Under the pieces are notes generated by a model that saw only the letters and a list, made by a program, of their open reading frames with translations, was not told the origin of the DNA and ran no database searches. A stretch of 64,000 nt of DNA from a virus, in IMG/VR virus record IMGVR_UViG_2225789004_000003, positions 1-64,000 of that record; one strand, written 5' to 3'. Positions 22,807 to 32,720 of this stretch are shown here, piece by piece. Position numbers and translations under genes: made by a program. Numbering within the stretch: the stretch's first letter is position 1; every line of letters starts with the position of its first letter.

Positions 22807-25800
22807 CTAAGTTAATAATTCAGCATCTAAAGTTTGTAATCTTACATTAAATATATATTCCCCTCCAGCAGGTGCAGAACTTCCAGTTATGTTTATATTT
22901 GCGGCATCTGGATATGTACTAGCAATACTTGCACTCCATGGTGAACTTACTCCACTAATACTTGCAATTGTCGGTGTTCTGTGCATAGTAATTAGATAGT
23001 TTAATAATACAGGTAATGTTCTACTAGCTGATACTGGAATATAAACTCTAAAACATTGATTAGAGCTATAACCTTGAAAAAATCTCTGTGATTTAATTAC
23101 TTCATCATTATGATTAAAACTACACCAGCCTTCAAATTTATCTGTTTGTGTCAATTGAGCAAGTAATATAATAGAACTATTAGGAAATATAGTATGAAAA
23201 AATCCTGCACTATTAACTCCAAAATCAAATACTTCAGTTAATCCAGTCATTGGACTTGTATTATTATTTACTAATATATCATAAGCAGTTTTTGTTTTAG
23301 TAGCTGTTTTTATATTACTTAAAACAACTCCACCACTATAAGTAAATTCTATATATCTTACTGATAAAGTAAATTTTGTATTAGGAGGTAGAGCTGACAT
23401 ATAACGATCAAGATTAACTACTTCCTGTCTCATTTTTCTAGGATTAGAAGTAATATATGTATCAGGATTAGATGTATTATTGTTAGCTGAATTAGTAAAT
23501 ATCATTAATCCTGAATTACTAAATCCATTAGTAATTAAAGAATAATTCATGGCATGTCTATAATAATATGGTGAAGAAGATGATTCACGCCCTTTTTGAT
23601 ATTGCCATCTATCAGCACACATTGCCCAACCATTTACAGTTCCAGGAGTAGTTCTTCCTCTATTATAAATAGCAAAATTAGGATTATCTAAAAAATTACT
23701 GCCTTTAGTAGATGGAATATTTAATATATCATTTAGTTCATATGGTAAATCAATTAAAGTATTATTACTTCTATTACCAAGTATCACATTACCAGTTACT
23801 TCCAATACTTCAAAATCAAATATTGGAAAACCATTATTTTGATTATTAGAATCAATTATAAATGGATAGCCTAGAGTTTCAGTAAAAGATGGTAATTTCA
23901 TACTATTTAAACTCATCATAGTCCATGAAGAACTTGTTAATGAATTTTCAGTTGCAGAAAAATTATTACTTAATGTGCCTGAATTACTTATACTATTAGT
24001 TTCTAGTATGCCATATCCTTTATTACCATTATAAATATTCCATATATAACCTACATTATAACAATTATTAATATCAACATTTATAGATGTATTACCTGTA
24101 GATCTACAAATTATTCCTGCAGATATTTGACCTTCAACGTTACCAGTATTATAACAATTTACAAAATTACCTGAAGATGTGCCTGTTTCAGTAACTGATA
24201 TACCTGCGGATGCATCTGTATTAATATTACTGATATTAGTAATATTACCATGGTTAGCACAATTAGTAAAAGAATTTCTAACCCCTGAATTAGGTCTTGT
24301 TCCACAAAATCCACAAGCAGTTCCAGAATTAGCTTTTATAGTCAAATGTGTCGCACAATTAGTAAAAGTTTGACCAAAAGCACCATGGTTAAATCCCCAA
24401 GCTCCTTTAAGGCTTGAATGATTTTCATGTGATTCTATTAATCCTTTACCAAGAATCATATTTTTATAAACAGGATTAGACCCAGCCCATGTAAATGAAG
24501 CCCCCCAATCATGAATACCACCTTCAGGTTTTTTTATGGCAATACCTTTAATTATCTTATTATTACCATCAAACGTGTTACTTGTACCACCACCAAAAGG
24601 TTTCCAGCCTACGCCGTCATTATAACAAGGAGCTAAAGGGTTATCTTTCGTTATGTCCCAATCAGTATAATCATCATTTATACCTAAACCAATTGCACTA
24701 GTTAGATCTAAATGATTCATGATTTTTATACTACCTTGACCATAATAAATAGTAACATAATCAGCTAAATCTTTTGGAGTATAAATCAAATAAGGATTAG
24801 AATTTGATCCAGATCCAGACATACGAGATACCCATTCAGTATTATATTCAACATCAGGTAATGTAGAACTTGCCCATGATATTCCAATATCACCAATAGC
24901 TTTATCTGTTGTCCATAAACTTTTACCGTCACCAATAACTATTTTAGCTTTATTAATATCAGGAACTTGTGGAGATTCAAATGGAAATGATGGAAAACCA
25001 TTATTATAACTATCATTTCTAACAAACTCATCGCCTTCTGAATTTAACATATCTACAAATACTTGACTTTGCATATCAGTTTCATTCATCATAAACCACC
25101 TTGCAGGGTTTATATTATCAGCAGTTGAGCTTTGTAAACTTGAAAAACTATTTGTAACTGTTATTCCAGCACTTGAAGTATCACCAATAACGCCTCTATG
25201 GAATGAATAATTACCAGATGTTCCATATCTTACTATACCAGCGTTATAACAATTAATTAAAGTTGTTGGATTATTAGAATTATTAACTTCACCAAACATT
25301 CCACCAAATCTATAATTGTTATTGTGAGTAACTGTTCCAGTATTATAACAATTTTCTACAATAATTGTTCCAACAGTAGATGGATAAAGTGATCCTGCAA
25401 TTCCACCAACCCAACCACCTACACCAGTTACATTTCCATGATTAGCAATATTTTTAAATTTTCCTGATCCAAATGACACACAAATACCACCAACATAATT
25501 TGTTGTTGATACTATGTTTACGTGATTAGAAAAGTTTTCAAGAGTAGTTCCACCAGTAACTAAATATGCTAAACAACCGACTCTTTGTTGTGTTGATGTT
25601 ATTAATCCTTTATCAAATATTAAGTCATGAACAATTCCAGTTAACCACCCACCAAAAAATCCTGCATAGTAATCAGTATTTTTCATTAAAATATTTTTAA
25701 TTTTTTTATTATTACCATCAAGACTGCCAGCAAAACCAGTTGATATAGAATTACCAGATCCTACAGGTAGCCAACCTTTGCCTAAATTATATAATGGTGC

Positions 25801-28011
25801 TGATGGATTATCTAATGCTGTATTCCATGACATATAATCAGCATTAACTCCGAGTCCAATAGCTTCACCAAGATCAATATTGTTCATTAATTTATAATTA
25901 GCACCTAAATTATCTCTCATTTTATTTAAGTGATAAGGATGATAAATAAGATAAGGGTTAGATGCTGTCCCATTACCTTCAAAAGGTTCAACTATCCAAT
26001 CTGATACAAATGTTTCAATTTCAGATTTTTCAGCCCAAATAGCATCACCAACAGGTAATTTTTCCCATTGATTTATTGAATTTTTATTCCAAAATTTATC
26101 ATTATAAAATCTAATACCATGACTCCCATTTTCTGAAACAATCATAGATGTTACATGAGTTATAACATCCCAAGCTTTTAATTCAGTTTCCCAAATGTAA
26201 TGACCATCTCCAATAATTAAATTAGCATTAGTAGGTAATGGTGTTACAAAAAATTCATTAGGTAGAAATGGAAAACCACCATTTCTAAATTGTGAATCAT
26301 GTAAAAATGGAGACCCTAATAATGTTACAAATGCTTGACTTTGCATAGTAGCTTCATTTTGCATAGTCCAACGTTGAGGATTAGCAGTATCTGGAGTAGA
26401 TGTTATGTCTAAAGCATGACAATTAACAAGTAGTATAGTACCATAAGAATAATCACCAAGTATACCTCTACCACCACTAGTACTATTTCTTACTTGGATT
26501 AATCCAGTATTATAACAACTTTCAACAGTAGTTACTCCTGAACTCAAATTTCCTTCTCCAATTATACCTGCTGATCTATATCCTGATCCTGAAGATACTA
26601 TTCCCGTGTTATAACAGTTTCTAATAATGCAATTACCAGCGGATGTACTATAAACAGAACTCGTTATACCGCTTACCCAATTATTTCCAGATATATTTCC
26701 ATGATTAGCACACCTAATAAGGTTTCCAGCTCCCACAGACATACAAATACCACCAACATAACTTCTATTAGATGCTGTGGCATCTACATTAACATTATTA
26801 GAACAATCTTGAATAGTCCCATTCAACGTTAATAAATTAACTATAACACCCATTCTATCATTGCCTGGAGTTATATACCCTTTATCAAATATAAGGTTTT
26901 TAATTGTTCCACTAACATTTTGACCAAAGAAGCCAAAATTAGTTATAGTAGGTTTTGCTAAAAACCCTTTTATCCTTTTACCATTGCCATCAAAAACGCC
27001 CTTGAATCCATCATTTACACCTGCACCAGCTATAGATTCCCAACCTTTACCTGCATTATAACAAGGAGCTAATGGATCATCATTAGCAGGAAGCCAACCA
27101 CTATATGATGGACTTACACCTAAGCCAATAACTGAAGTTAAATCTATATTATTCATTAATTTATAATTAGCATTTAAATCATTTCTAGTTAAATCTAAAT
27201 CATAAGGAGTATAAATAAGATAAGGATCTAACTGTGTTCCTGATCCTTCTCTCCTATTAACCCATTCAGTATTATAAACAATAGCAGGAGTTGGTGCTTC
27301 ATTACCCCAAACAACTGATCCAGTTTCAAACGGTAAATTTTGCCAATAACCTTCATTACTTTTAGCTTGAAATAAAGATCCATTATGCCTAAAATTATGG
27401 ATGCCTAATTCAGAAGTAATACTTGATCCTATATGGTTAACTAAGTCATTTGATTTAGTTACTTGACTCGAATTGTAATTTGCTATTTTTATATTAGAAT
27501 CATCTATAAAAGCTATTGGAGCATAAGGTAAATTTCTTATTAAAGAGTATTCAAATGGAAACATAGGTGAAGTTTCAGTTAAACAGTATACTTTATCATC
27601 TAATATATCAAATATTTTATTAGTTGGTAAATCCAATATATTATCTAATACTGTTCCTTGCCATATACCACTACCAATATACTGTCTACTTGTTGAAAAT
27701 GTATTAGTTATGACAGTTGAAGTAACTGCTCCAAGATAGCTTATTGAATAAAACATATTAAAAGTAGTTAAAGGTTCAACTATTCCATCATAATACGAAT
27801 TATGAATAGTTAATACAGGTATAGCTGTTGATGAAGCTACACAATATAAACCGTAAGCATAATTACCTTTCATATATCCTATATTATAATTATTCTCTAA
27901 TACAGGAGATTGAACATTAGTAAACCTAGCATATCCTATTATGCCTGATACTCTTGTTCTAGTATTATTTGATATTATTTTACCGTTAAAACTACAATTT
28001 CTAATCGCCAT
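22807..28011 (-). CDS. Giant tail fibre / receptor-binding protein (about 1734 aa): partial GLUG module, three complete GLUG beta-helix modules, C-terminal binding domain
   Basis: Three repeats of GSGT..PYLIYTPYDL..YKLMNNIDL..FDGNGK.IK plus I.NC.N.G rungs plus NPQRW.M.NE..MQSQ.F...NGGFPF. ATG 28011 behind GAGG; the track start is TTG. Confidence 0.8.
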   Translation of the reverse strand: MAIRNCSFNGKIISNNTRTRVSGIIGYARFTNVQSPVLENNYNIGYMKGNYAYGLYCVASSTAIPVLTIHNSYYDGIVEPLTTFNMFYSISYLGAVTSTVITNTFSTSRQYIGSGIWQGTVLDNILDLPTNKIFDILDDKVYCLTETSPMFPFEYSLIRNLPYAPIAFIDDSNIKIANYNSSQVTKSNDLVNHIGSSITSELGIHNFRHNGSLFQAKSNEGYWQNLPFETGSVVWGNEAPTPAIVYNTEWVNRREGSGTQLDPYLIYTPYDLDLTRNDLNANYKLMNNIDLTSVIGLGVSPSYSGWLPANDDPLAPCYNAGKGWESIAGAGVNDGFKGVFDGNGKRIKGFLAKPTITNFGFFGQNVSGTIKNLIFDKGYITPGNDRMGVIVNLLTLNGTIQDCSNNVNVDATASNRSYVGGICMSVGAGNLIRCANHGNISGNNWVSGITSSVYSTSAGNCIIRNCYNTGIVSSGSGYRSAGIIGEGNLSSGVTTVESCYNTGLIQVRNSTSGGRGILGDYSYGTILLVNCHALDITSTPDTANPQRWTMQNEATMQSQAFVTLLGSPFLHDSQFRNGGFPFLPNEFFVTPLPTNANLIIGDGHYIWETELKAWDVITHVTSMIVSENGSHGIRFYNDKFWNKNSINQWEKLPVGDAIWAEKSEIETFVSDWIVEPFEGNGTASNPYLIYHPYHLNKMRDNLGANYKLMNNIDLGEAIGLGVNADYMSWNTALDNPSAPLYNLGKGWLPVGSGNSISTGFAGSLDGNNKKIKNILMKNTDYYAGFFGGWLTGIVHDLIFDKGLITSTQQRVGCLAYLVTGGTTLENFSNHVNIVSTTNYVGGICVSFGSGKFKNIANHGNVTGVGGWVGGIAGSLYPSTVGTIIVENCYNTGTVTHNNNYRFGGMFGEVNNSNNPTTLINCYNAGIVRYGTSGNYSFHRGVIGDTSSAGITVTNSFSSLQSSTADNINPARWFMMNETDMQSQVFVDMLNSEGDEFVRNDSYNNGFPSFPFESPQVPDINKAKIVIGDGKSLWTTDKAIGDIGISWASSTLPDVEYNTEWVSRMSGSGSNSNPYLIYTPKDLADYVTIYYGQGSIKIMNHLDLTSAIGLGINDDYTDWDITKDNPLAPCYNDGVGWKPFGGGTSNTFDGNNKIIKGIAIKKPEGGIHDWGASFTWAGSNPVYKNMILGKGLIESHENHSSLKGAWGFNHGAFGQTFTNCATHLTIKANSGTACGFCGTRPNSGVRNSFTNCANHGNITNISNINTDASAGISVTETGTSSGNFVNCYNTGNVEGQISAGIICRSTGNTSINVDINNCYNVGYIWNIYNGNKGYGILETNSISNSGTLSNNFSATENSLTSSSWTMMSLNSMKLPSFTETLGYPFIIDSNNQNNGFPIFDFEVLEVTGNVILGNRSNNTLIDLPYELNDILNIPSTKGSNFLDNPNFAIYNRGRTTPGTVNGWAMCADRWQYQKGRESSSSPYYYRHAMNYSLITNGFSNSGLMIFTNSANNNTSNPDTYITSNPRKMRQEVVNLDRYMSALPPNTKFTLSVRYIEFTYSGGVVLSNIKTATKTKTAYDILVNNNTSPMTGLTEVFDFGVNSAGFFHTIFPNSSIILLAQLTQTDKFEGWCSFNHNDEVIKSQRFFQGYSSNQCFRVYIPVSASRTLPVLLNYLITMHRTPTIASISGVSSPWSASIASTYPDAANINITGSSAPAGGEYIFNVRLQTLDAELLT
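23815..27264 (-). repeat. Three tandem protein-level modules of about 390-425 aa inside the giant fibre
   Basis: PYLIY-encoding patches at about 27225, 25950 and 24790. Each module ends with a GFP(F/S/I)F motif. Confidence 0.75.
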
Positions 28012-28031
28012 TTTTATTACCTCATTCAAAT

Positions 28032-28595
28032 TTAATAGATAGAAGTCTCATCCGAGATAGTAATATTTTCATTAAGACTTATAATTCTATTTTCAGGAAT
28101 TTCTATTGTTCCAACTAATTCGCTATTTTGAATTAATTGCATAGTATTACCAATTCTTGTTAATGTTATAATACCTTTATCAATTAAATAATTTAATTGA
28201 TTTTGGTTTAATTGAGCTTGTGTAGGATTATTTAAACTTCTTGCTAATCTAAATGTAATTATATTAGATTGATAAATTATTCCAGAGTCATCTGATATAA
28301 CTAATGAGCAGTGTAAATTTTGTGTTTTAGTTAAAGTCTTTGGAACTTTAAATTTAGTATCTAACCAACCTAATTCTACAGAGTCTAATGGGTGATCATT
28401 TGTTGCAAATTTTAAAGTATAATTGATACCTTCTTTATCTAATTCATCTACTTTAATTATTTCTAAAATAGTTATATTATTATCACCAATTTTACCAAGA
28501 TTTTGAGAAGTCGGTATTATATTTAGATTACCACTTCTTTTACTTATTAAACATTCTAATTTTATTGTATTTTGAGTTATTAACGGTTCTGCCAT
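28032..28595 (-). CDS. Hypothetical structural protein, possible adaptor for the giant fibre
   Basis: Ends 20 nt upstream of the fibre ATG 28011. Beta-rich. A vague BppU-N-like impression only. Confidence 0.3.
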   Translation of the reverse strand: MAEPLITQNTIKLECLISKRSGNLNIIPTSQNLGKIGDNNITILEIIKVDELDKEGINYTLKFATNDHPLDSVELGWLDTKFKVPKTLTKTQNLHCSLVISDDSGIIYQSNIITFRLARSLNNPTQAQLNQNQLNYLIDKGIITLTRIGNTMQLIQNSELVGTIEIPENRIISLNENITISDETSIY

Positions 28596-28611
28596 TTTAT
28601 TTCTCCGTTCT

Positions 28612-28842
28612 TTATTCTTTAATTAAACTTACTATGTAATCTTTATCGTAATCAAGATTAAATTCTTTAATAAACATGTTTACAAATTTTAGTGTAGCTT
28701 TTTTATCACCATAAACAATATTATAATATTCATCTACATTTAATTTTAATCTAGCACTAAATTCATATTTATTTAAACCAGCATGTAATTTTACAAATTC
28801 TAAATATCTTCCAATTTTTGAATAGAATCTTAGTTTTTCCAA
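28612..28842 (-). CDS. XRE-type helix-turn-helix protein
   Basis: IGRYLEFVKLHAGLNKYEFSARLKLNVDEYYNIVYGDKKATLKFVNMF fits the HTH_XRE pattern. Confidence 0.55.
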   Translation of the reverse strand: MEKLRFYSKIGRYLEFVKLHAGLNKYEFSARLKLNVDEYYNIVYGDKKATLKFVNMFIKEFNLDYDKDYIVSLIKE

Positions 28843-28871
28843 ATTTTTAGTCCCTTTATTAGTTTAGAATA

Positions 28872-29132
28872 TTAACCATTCAATCTTCTTTTTTGATCCT
28901 TTTCACGCCTTATTTTTAAACTTTCTTCATGTTCTAATTTAAGTTTTTTACCAAGAAATTCCATTATAGGTTTATAATCTCGTAAAGTATTAGCTAAATC
29001 ATTTATGACATTTTGTTGTTTATTAATAAGTGATTTTTGATCACCAACTAATTTATATATCTTTGTAGTATTGTAAAAAGCATAAGCACAAAATAATATT
29101 AATATTATTCCTGAAATTATTGTTAAAGTCAT
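28872..29132 (-). CDS. Small membrane protein (N-terminal TM helix plus coiled coil)
   Basis: MTLTIISGIILILFCAYAFY followed by a charged helical tail. Confidence 0.55.
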   Translation of the reverse strand: MTLTIISGIILILFCAYAFYNTTKIYKLVGDQKSLINKQQNVINDLANTLRDYKPIMEFLGKKLKLEHEESLKIRREKDQKRRLNG

Positions 29133-29133
29133 T

Positions 29134-29397
29134 TTAATTATACCCTTCTATATTTATTTTAGCAAACAATGCCATGGCAATTAATTCTGCTTTTGTCATT
29201 GTTTTTCTTAAATCATTATCATTATGATCTAATTCAAACAATAATGTGAAATTATTATTTTTAGGAAACTTATCTAAAATTTTATTTTTATAATCAACAT
29301 AAATACTAACTTTTAAAATATTTAAATTGACTATATCATCTAATAATTTTGAAGTAACGCTCCAATTAGCTAATTCTAATACATCTAACTGGTTCAT
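29134..29397 (-). CDS. Hypothetical protein
   Basis: ORF, tightly packed. Confidence 0.5.
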   Translation of the reverse strand: MNQLDVLELANWSVTSKLLDDIVNLNILKVSIYVDYKNKILDKFPKNNNFTLLFELDHNDNDLRKTMTKAELIAMALFAKINIEGYN

Positions 29398-29430
29398 TTT
29401 AATTTCCTATTAAATAATTTCATATTATAC

Positions 29431-29874
29431 CTACCGTTTTTTAAATTTAGTTTCAACCAAGTCAAATCTTTTATGTAAAGAACGAAGTGATTCATGAATA
29501 GATTTTTCTTCTTTTTCTAGATCATCTTGTCTAGTATGAATTCTTTCAATAGAGTGTTTATATTCTTTACGAAATTCTGAATTTTCTTTAGTAAGATCTC
29601 TCATTGCAGTATCTATACTACTAGCTTTAGTTACTTGTTCTTTTAAATCTTTTATTCGTTGAGTCCTATCTGAATCGTATTTCCAAGCTACTATAAGTAA
29701 TAAAACTCCAAATGCACTTTCCATTAGAGTTTTATATCCATTAGAATCTTTCATATGTGCCACGTTTAAATCAGCAGTATTAGCATAAATTTTACCAAAA
29801 GCGACTAGCAAAAAAAAGCACAAAAAGAACACCCAATAATATTTTTTGTAATGTATAATCTTTTTCAGTATCAT
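29431..29874 (-). CDS. Membrane protein with two TM helices and a long coiled coil (holin-like or exclusion-like)
   Basis: YYWVFFLCFFLLVAFGKIY and AFGVLLLIVAW, then a charged coiled-coil C-terminus. Confidence 0.5.
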   Translation of the reverse strand: MILKKIIHYKKYYWVFFLCFFLLVAFGKIYANTADLNVAHMKDSNGYKTLMESAFGVLLLIVAWKYDSDRTQRIKDLKEQVTKASSIDTAMRDLTKENSEFRKEYKHSIERIHTRQDDLEKEEKSIHESLRSLHKRFDLVETKFKKR

Positions 29875-29976
29875 CTTGTAAATCTTTTTTTACCCCCTCT
29901 AAATCCCCTGACTTTTTATCCCTTAATTTACTAAACTTACATTCATTTGTTAATTCCATACAACACCATCCCTTTA

Positions 29977-31380
29977 TTAATTTGACCAATAGCCTATAAC
30001 GCCACCACAGAAATTTTCATTACCTGTAGCAGAATTATGACCAACTATTGCACTTACTGATATATTTTCAATAGTTACATTCATTCCAATTGCATAGCCT
30101 ACTAATGCTCCTATGTAATGTGTTCCACTGTAATATGTGAATATAATATTAGTATTATCTAAAAATAAGTTTTTAAGAGTTGCAGGCTGTTGTATTCTAC
30201 CAAATATACCTGTTTCAGCAAGTGTATTAATTGGTGTAATTATAATTAATCCTTTAATTATTTTATAGTTAAAATCTACACTTCCAGTAAATGCTAATCC
30301 AGTTCCTGTTTTACCAATTGGAACAAAACCTTGACCTGAATTAAATAATGGAAATGATCCAATTAAGTTATTAAATGTAAAGTTACCATTTTCATCAATA
30401 TTATTTAACTCAATACCCATTAAATCAGTAAAATCTAAATTATTCATTAATTTATAATAAGCTGTTAAATTATTTCTTATATTATTAAAGTCATAAGGAG
30501 TATAAATAAGATAAGGATCACTAGCTGTGCCAGATCCTTCTCTTTTATCTACCCACTCATTATTAAAATCAAATTCTTTAATTTCTAATGATCCACCGCC
30601 ACCAGTTTGTATTTCAATCCATGTAGATCCATTGTAATATTGTAATTTATTTTGAAAGAATCTAATGCCGTGAATACCTGTTTCAGAATATATTTCACTA
30701 TCAAAATGATTCATTAAATCAGCATTAGTTATTAATGGACTTGAATTATCTAATGTGATGGTATTACTTTGTGACGTAATAGATCCTATTTCAATAGCGT
30801 TACTCCAACCAACTAATGTTCTAGGTGTTGGATTAGCATAAAAAGTTAGTTCTATAACTAATCTTGAAGTAATTTGTTCTTCTAAATTGGGATCAACTAT
30901 TTTAGATACTCCTGTATCTCTAAAAGCCGACTCTGTGCTTTCAATATTAAATGTATTATAAGAATTATTTCTTAATCCAAAATGATAAATAAGAGCATTA
31001 TCCTCGGTAAATACAGTTGTTCTAAAATGAGCATAAATTTTTGTATTATAATTTGAATTATGAGTATTCAAATTAATTTTTAAAGTAATTGGATCTATTT
31101 CGTTTATATTATATCTTAAATCATTATCCAATATGAAATACTTTAAACCATATATATTTAAAACATCTGTAGCATTATCAACTGTAAAGCCATAAGTATC
31201 TATTTTAAATATAGATTCACTAGGATCAGTTATTGTTTTAAATAAAAACTTCGATATAGATTCAACTATATTTGTTTGCATTACATTCATATCTGATGAA
31301 GATAATGCTTTATTAAATTCATAGTTAATTCTATGAACATTAGTTTTTATTTTTGTATATTCGTTAAAAAAGTTTGACAT
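29977..31380 (-). CDS. Tail fibre protein ending inside a GLUG module (467 aa)
   Basis: N-terminal 270 aa are paralogous to fibres 33387..36542 and 36563..38758. The GLUG module starts at GSGTASDPYLIYTPYDF but stops after about two rungs (..CGGVIGYWSN*). Confidence 0.75.
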   Translation of the reverse strand: MSNFFNEYTKIKTNVHRINYEFNKALSSSDMNVMQTNIVESISKFLFKTITDPSESIFKIDTYGFTVDNATDVLNIYGLKYFILDNDLRYNINEIDPITLKINLNTHNSNYNTKIYAHFRTTVFTEDNALIYHFGLRNNSYNTFNIESTESAFRDTGVSKIVDPNLEEQITSRLVIELTFYANPTPRTLVGWSNAIEIGSITSQSNTITLDNSSPLITNADLMNHFDSEIYSETGIHGIRFFQNKLQYYNGSTWIEIQTGGGGSLEIKEFDFNNEWVDKREGSGTASDPYLIYTPYDFNNIRNNLTAYYKLMNNLDFTDLMGIELNNIDENGNFTFNNLIGSFPLFNSGQGFVPIGKTGTGLAFTGSVDFNYKIIKGLIIITPINTLAETGIFGRIQQPATLKNLFLDNTNIIFTYYSGTHYIGALVGYAIGMNVTIENISVSAIVGHNSATGNENFCGGVIGYWSN

Positions 31381-31394
31381 ATAAAAATTCCACT

Positions 31395-31600
31395 ATTGAA
31401 AACTTATAAAAAGTAATACAACTTTTATGTTTCATTCCTTATTCATAGTATCCAATTTCATATTATTAAAATATTACTTTTGTTTGATATAACACTCCAA
31501 AGGCTTAAATTTCCGACTAGTGTATCGGTATAAATCAAATATTTTGTTATACTATTAATTGTTTTCCATACCTAGCTAAATTTAAACTTGCATTGTAATC
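31395..31600 (-). ncRNA. Predicted omega/reRNA region of the TnpB element
   Basis: By analogy with characterised TnpB loci, where the guide RNA overlaps the tnpB 3' end and the right end. Local hairpin CCGATACACTAGTCGG. Not verified. Confidence 0.3.
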
Positions 31601-32720
31601 TCTATCAAGTATATTACCACACTCACACTTAAATACTCTATTTTTAAGTTTTAAGTCCTTATTAATTATACCACAAATTGAGCATGTTTTACTTGATGGA
31701 TAAAATCTATTTACTTCTATAAACTTTATATTATTCCAATTACTTTTATATTGAAATTGTTTATTAAATTCATAGAAACATTGGTTTTGAATTGCTTTAG
31801 CTAAATGTCTATTTTTCATCATACCACTAACATTAAGATCTTCTAATACAATAAATTTTGGTTTTCGATTTACTATTTCAGAAGATACATTGTGTAAATA
31901 GTTATGACGAATATTTGATAACCAATGAACTACTTTTAAAAGTTGTTTTTCACTTTTTACAATATTACTTGTTTTACAATAGTTTATCCCTTTCTTATTT
32001 TTTAAATACTTTTTTGATATATTACGCTGTAACCTACGTTTTTTCTTTTCAATCTTTTTAACAGTTTGAGATTTATTAATATTTTTATAAACATTACCAT
32101 CTGAACATGTTGCTAAGTTTTTAATTCCAAAGTCTACTCCAATACCTTTATTAGTTGGTAAATCATTAGATTGTTCAAATTCAACTCCAACTGTTAAAAA
32201 CCAATTTAATCCATTAAATATAACTCTAGGATTAGTATACTTATAACCAATAGGGACTCTATCTCTTTCAGCTAACTTAATCCAATTTTGTTTTTGTTTA
32301 TTAGGTCTTTTACTGTTAGAAATTTTCTCTAGCTTAACATGAGTTGACGTAAATTCAATTTTTAAAATATCTACATAAAAACTAGGCTTACTTTTTCTTT
32401 TACTTTTATATTTCGGAAACTTAGCTTGCTTTTTAAAAAAATCTTTTATATGCCAAAACTGCATCTTTTATAGACTGTTTTGTAACATCATTACTAATAT
32501 TATTTAACCATTTATATTTAAACTCTTTCTTTAATTGTGTAAATATTTTACGTAAATCAATATCACTTACAAATTTATTTTCAGTTTTATAAATATTTTG
32601 TTCATAATCAATAGTCCAATTATAAGCAAATCTAGCTGATCCTGCCATTTGAAACAATTTTGTATTTTGTTTATTATTAGGATTAAGCATAATTTTAATT
32701 GTTTTGATCATCACTATCAT
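31547..32720 (-). CDS. tnpB: TnpB-like RNA-guided nuclease, read in two frames joined at a T7A5 run (32430..32441)
   Basis: RuvC D (IGVDFGIKN), E (FIVLEDLN), zinc finger CSICG..CECG and D (DRDYNASLN). The N-terminal 95-aa ORF ends ..AYKRFF* where the other frame continues KKQAKFPKYKSK. Confidence 0.75.

Noticed and set aside
29792-29989. A 65-aa ORF overlapping both the fibre stop and the 147-aa membrane-protein gene. It could be a separate gene or a frameshift-fused N-terminus.
   Set aside because: There is no convincing SD and it overlaps a better-supported ORF for 83 nt. Neither frameshifting nor independent coding can be supported from sequence alone.
28024-29997. An inverted 11-12-nt similarity (TATTAA(A)TTTGA) at both borders of the 2-kb cassette, as possible terminal inverted repeats.
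   Set aside because: It is short, imperfect and made of A/T-rich stop-codon context, so it is expected by chance at this base composition.
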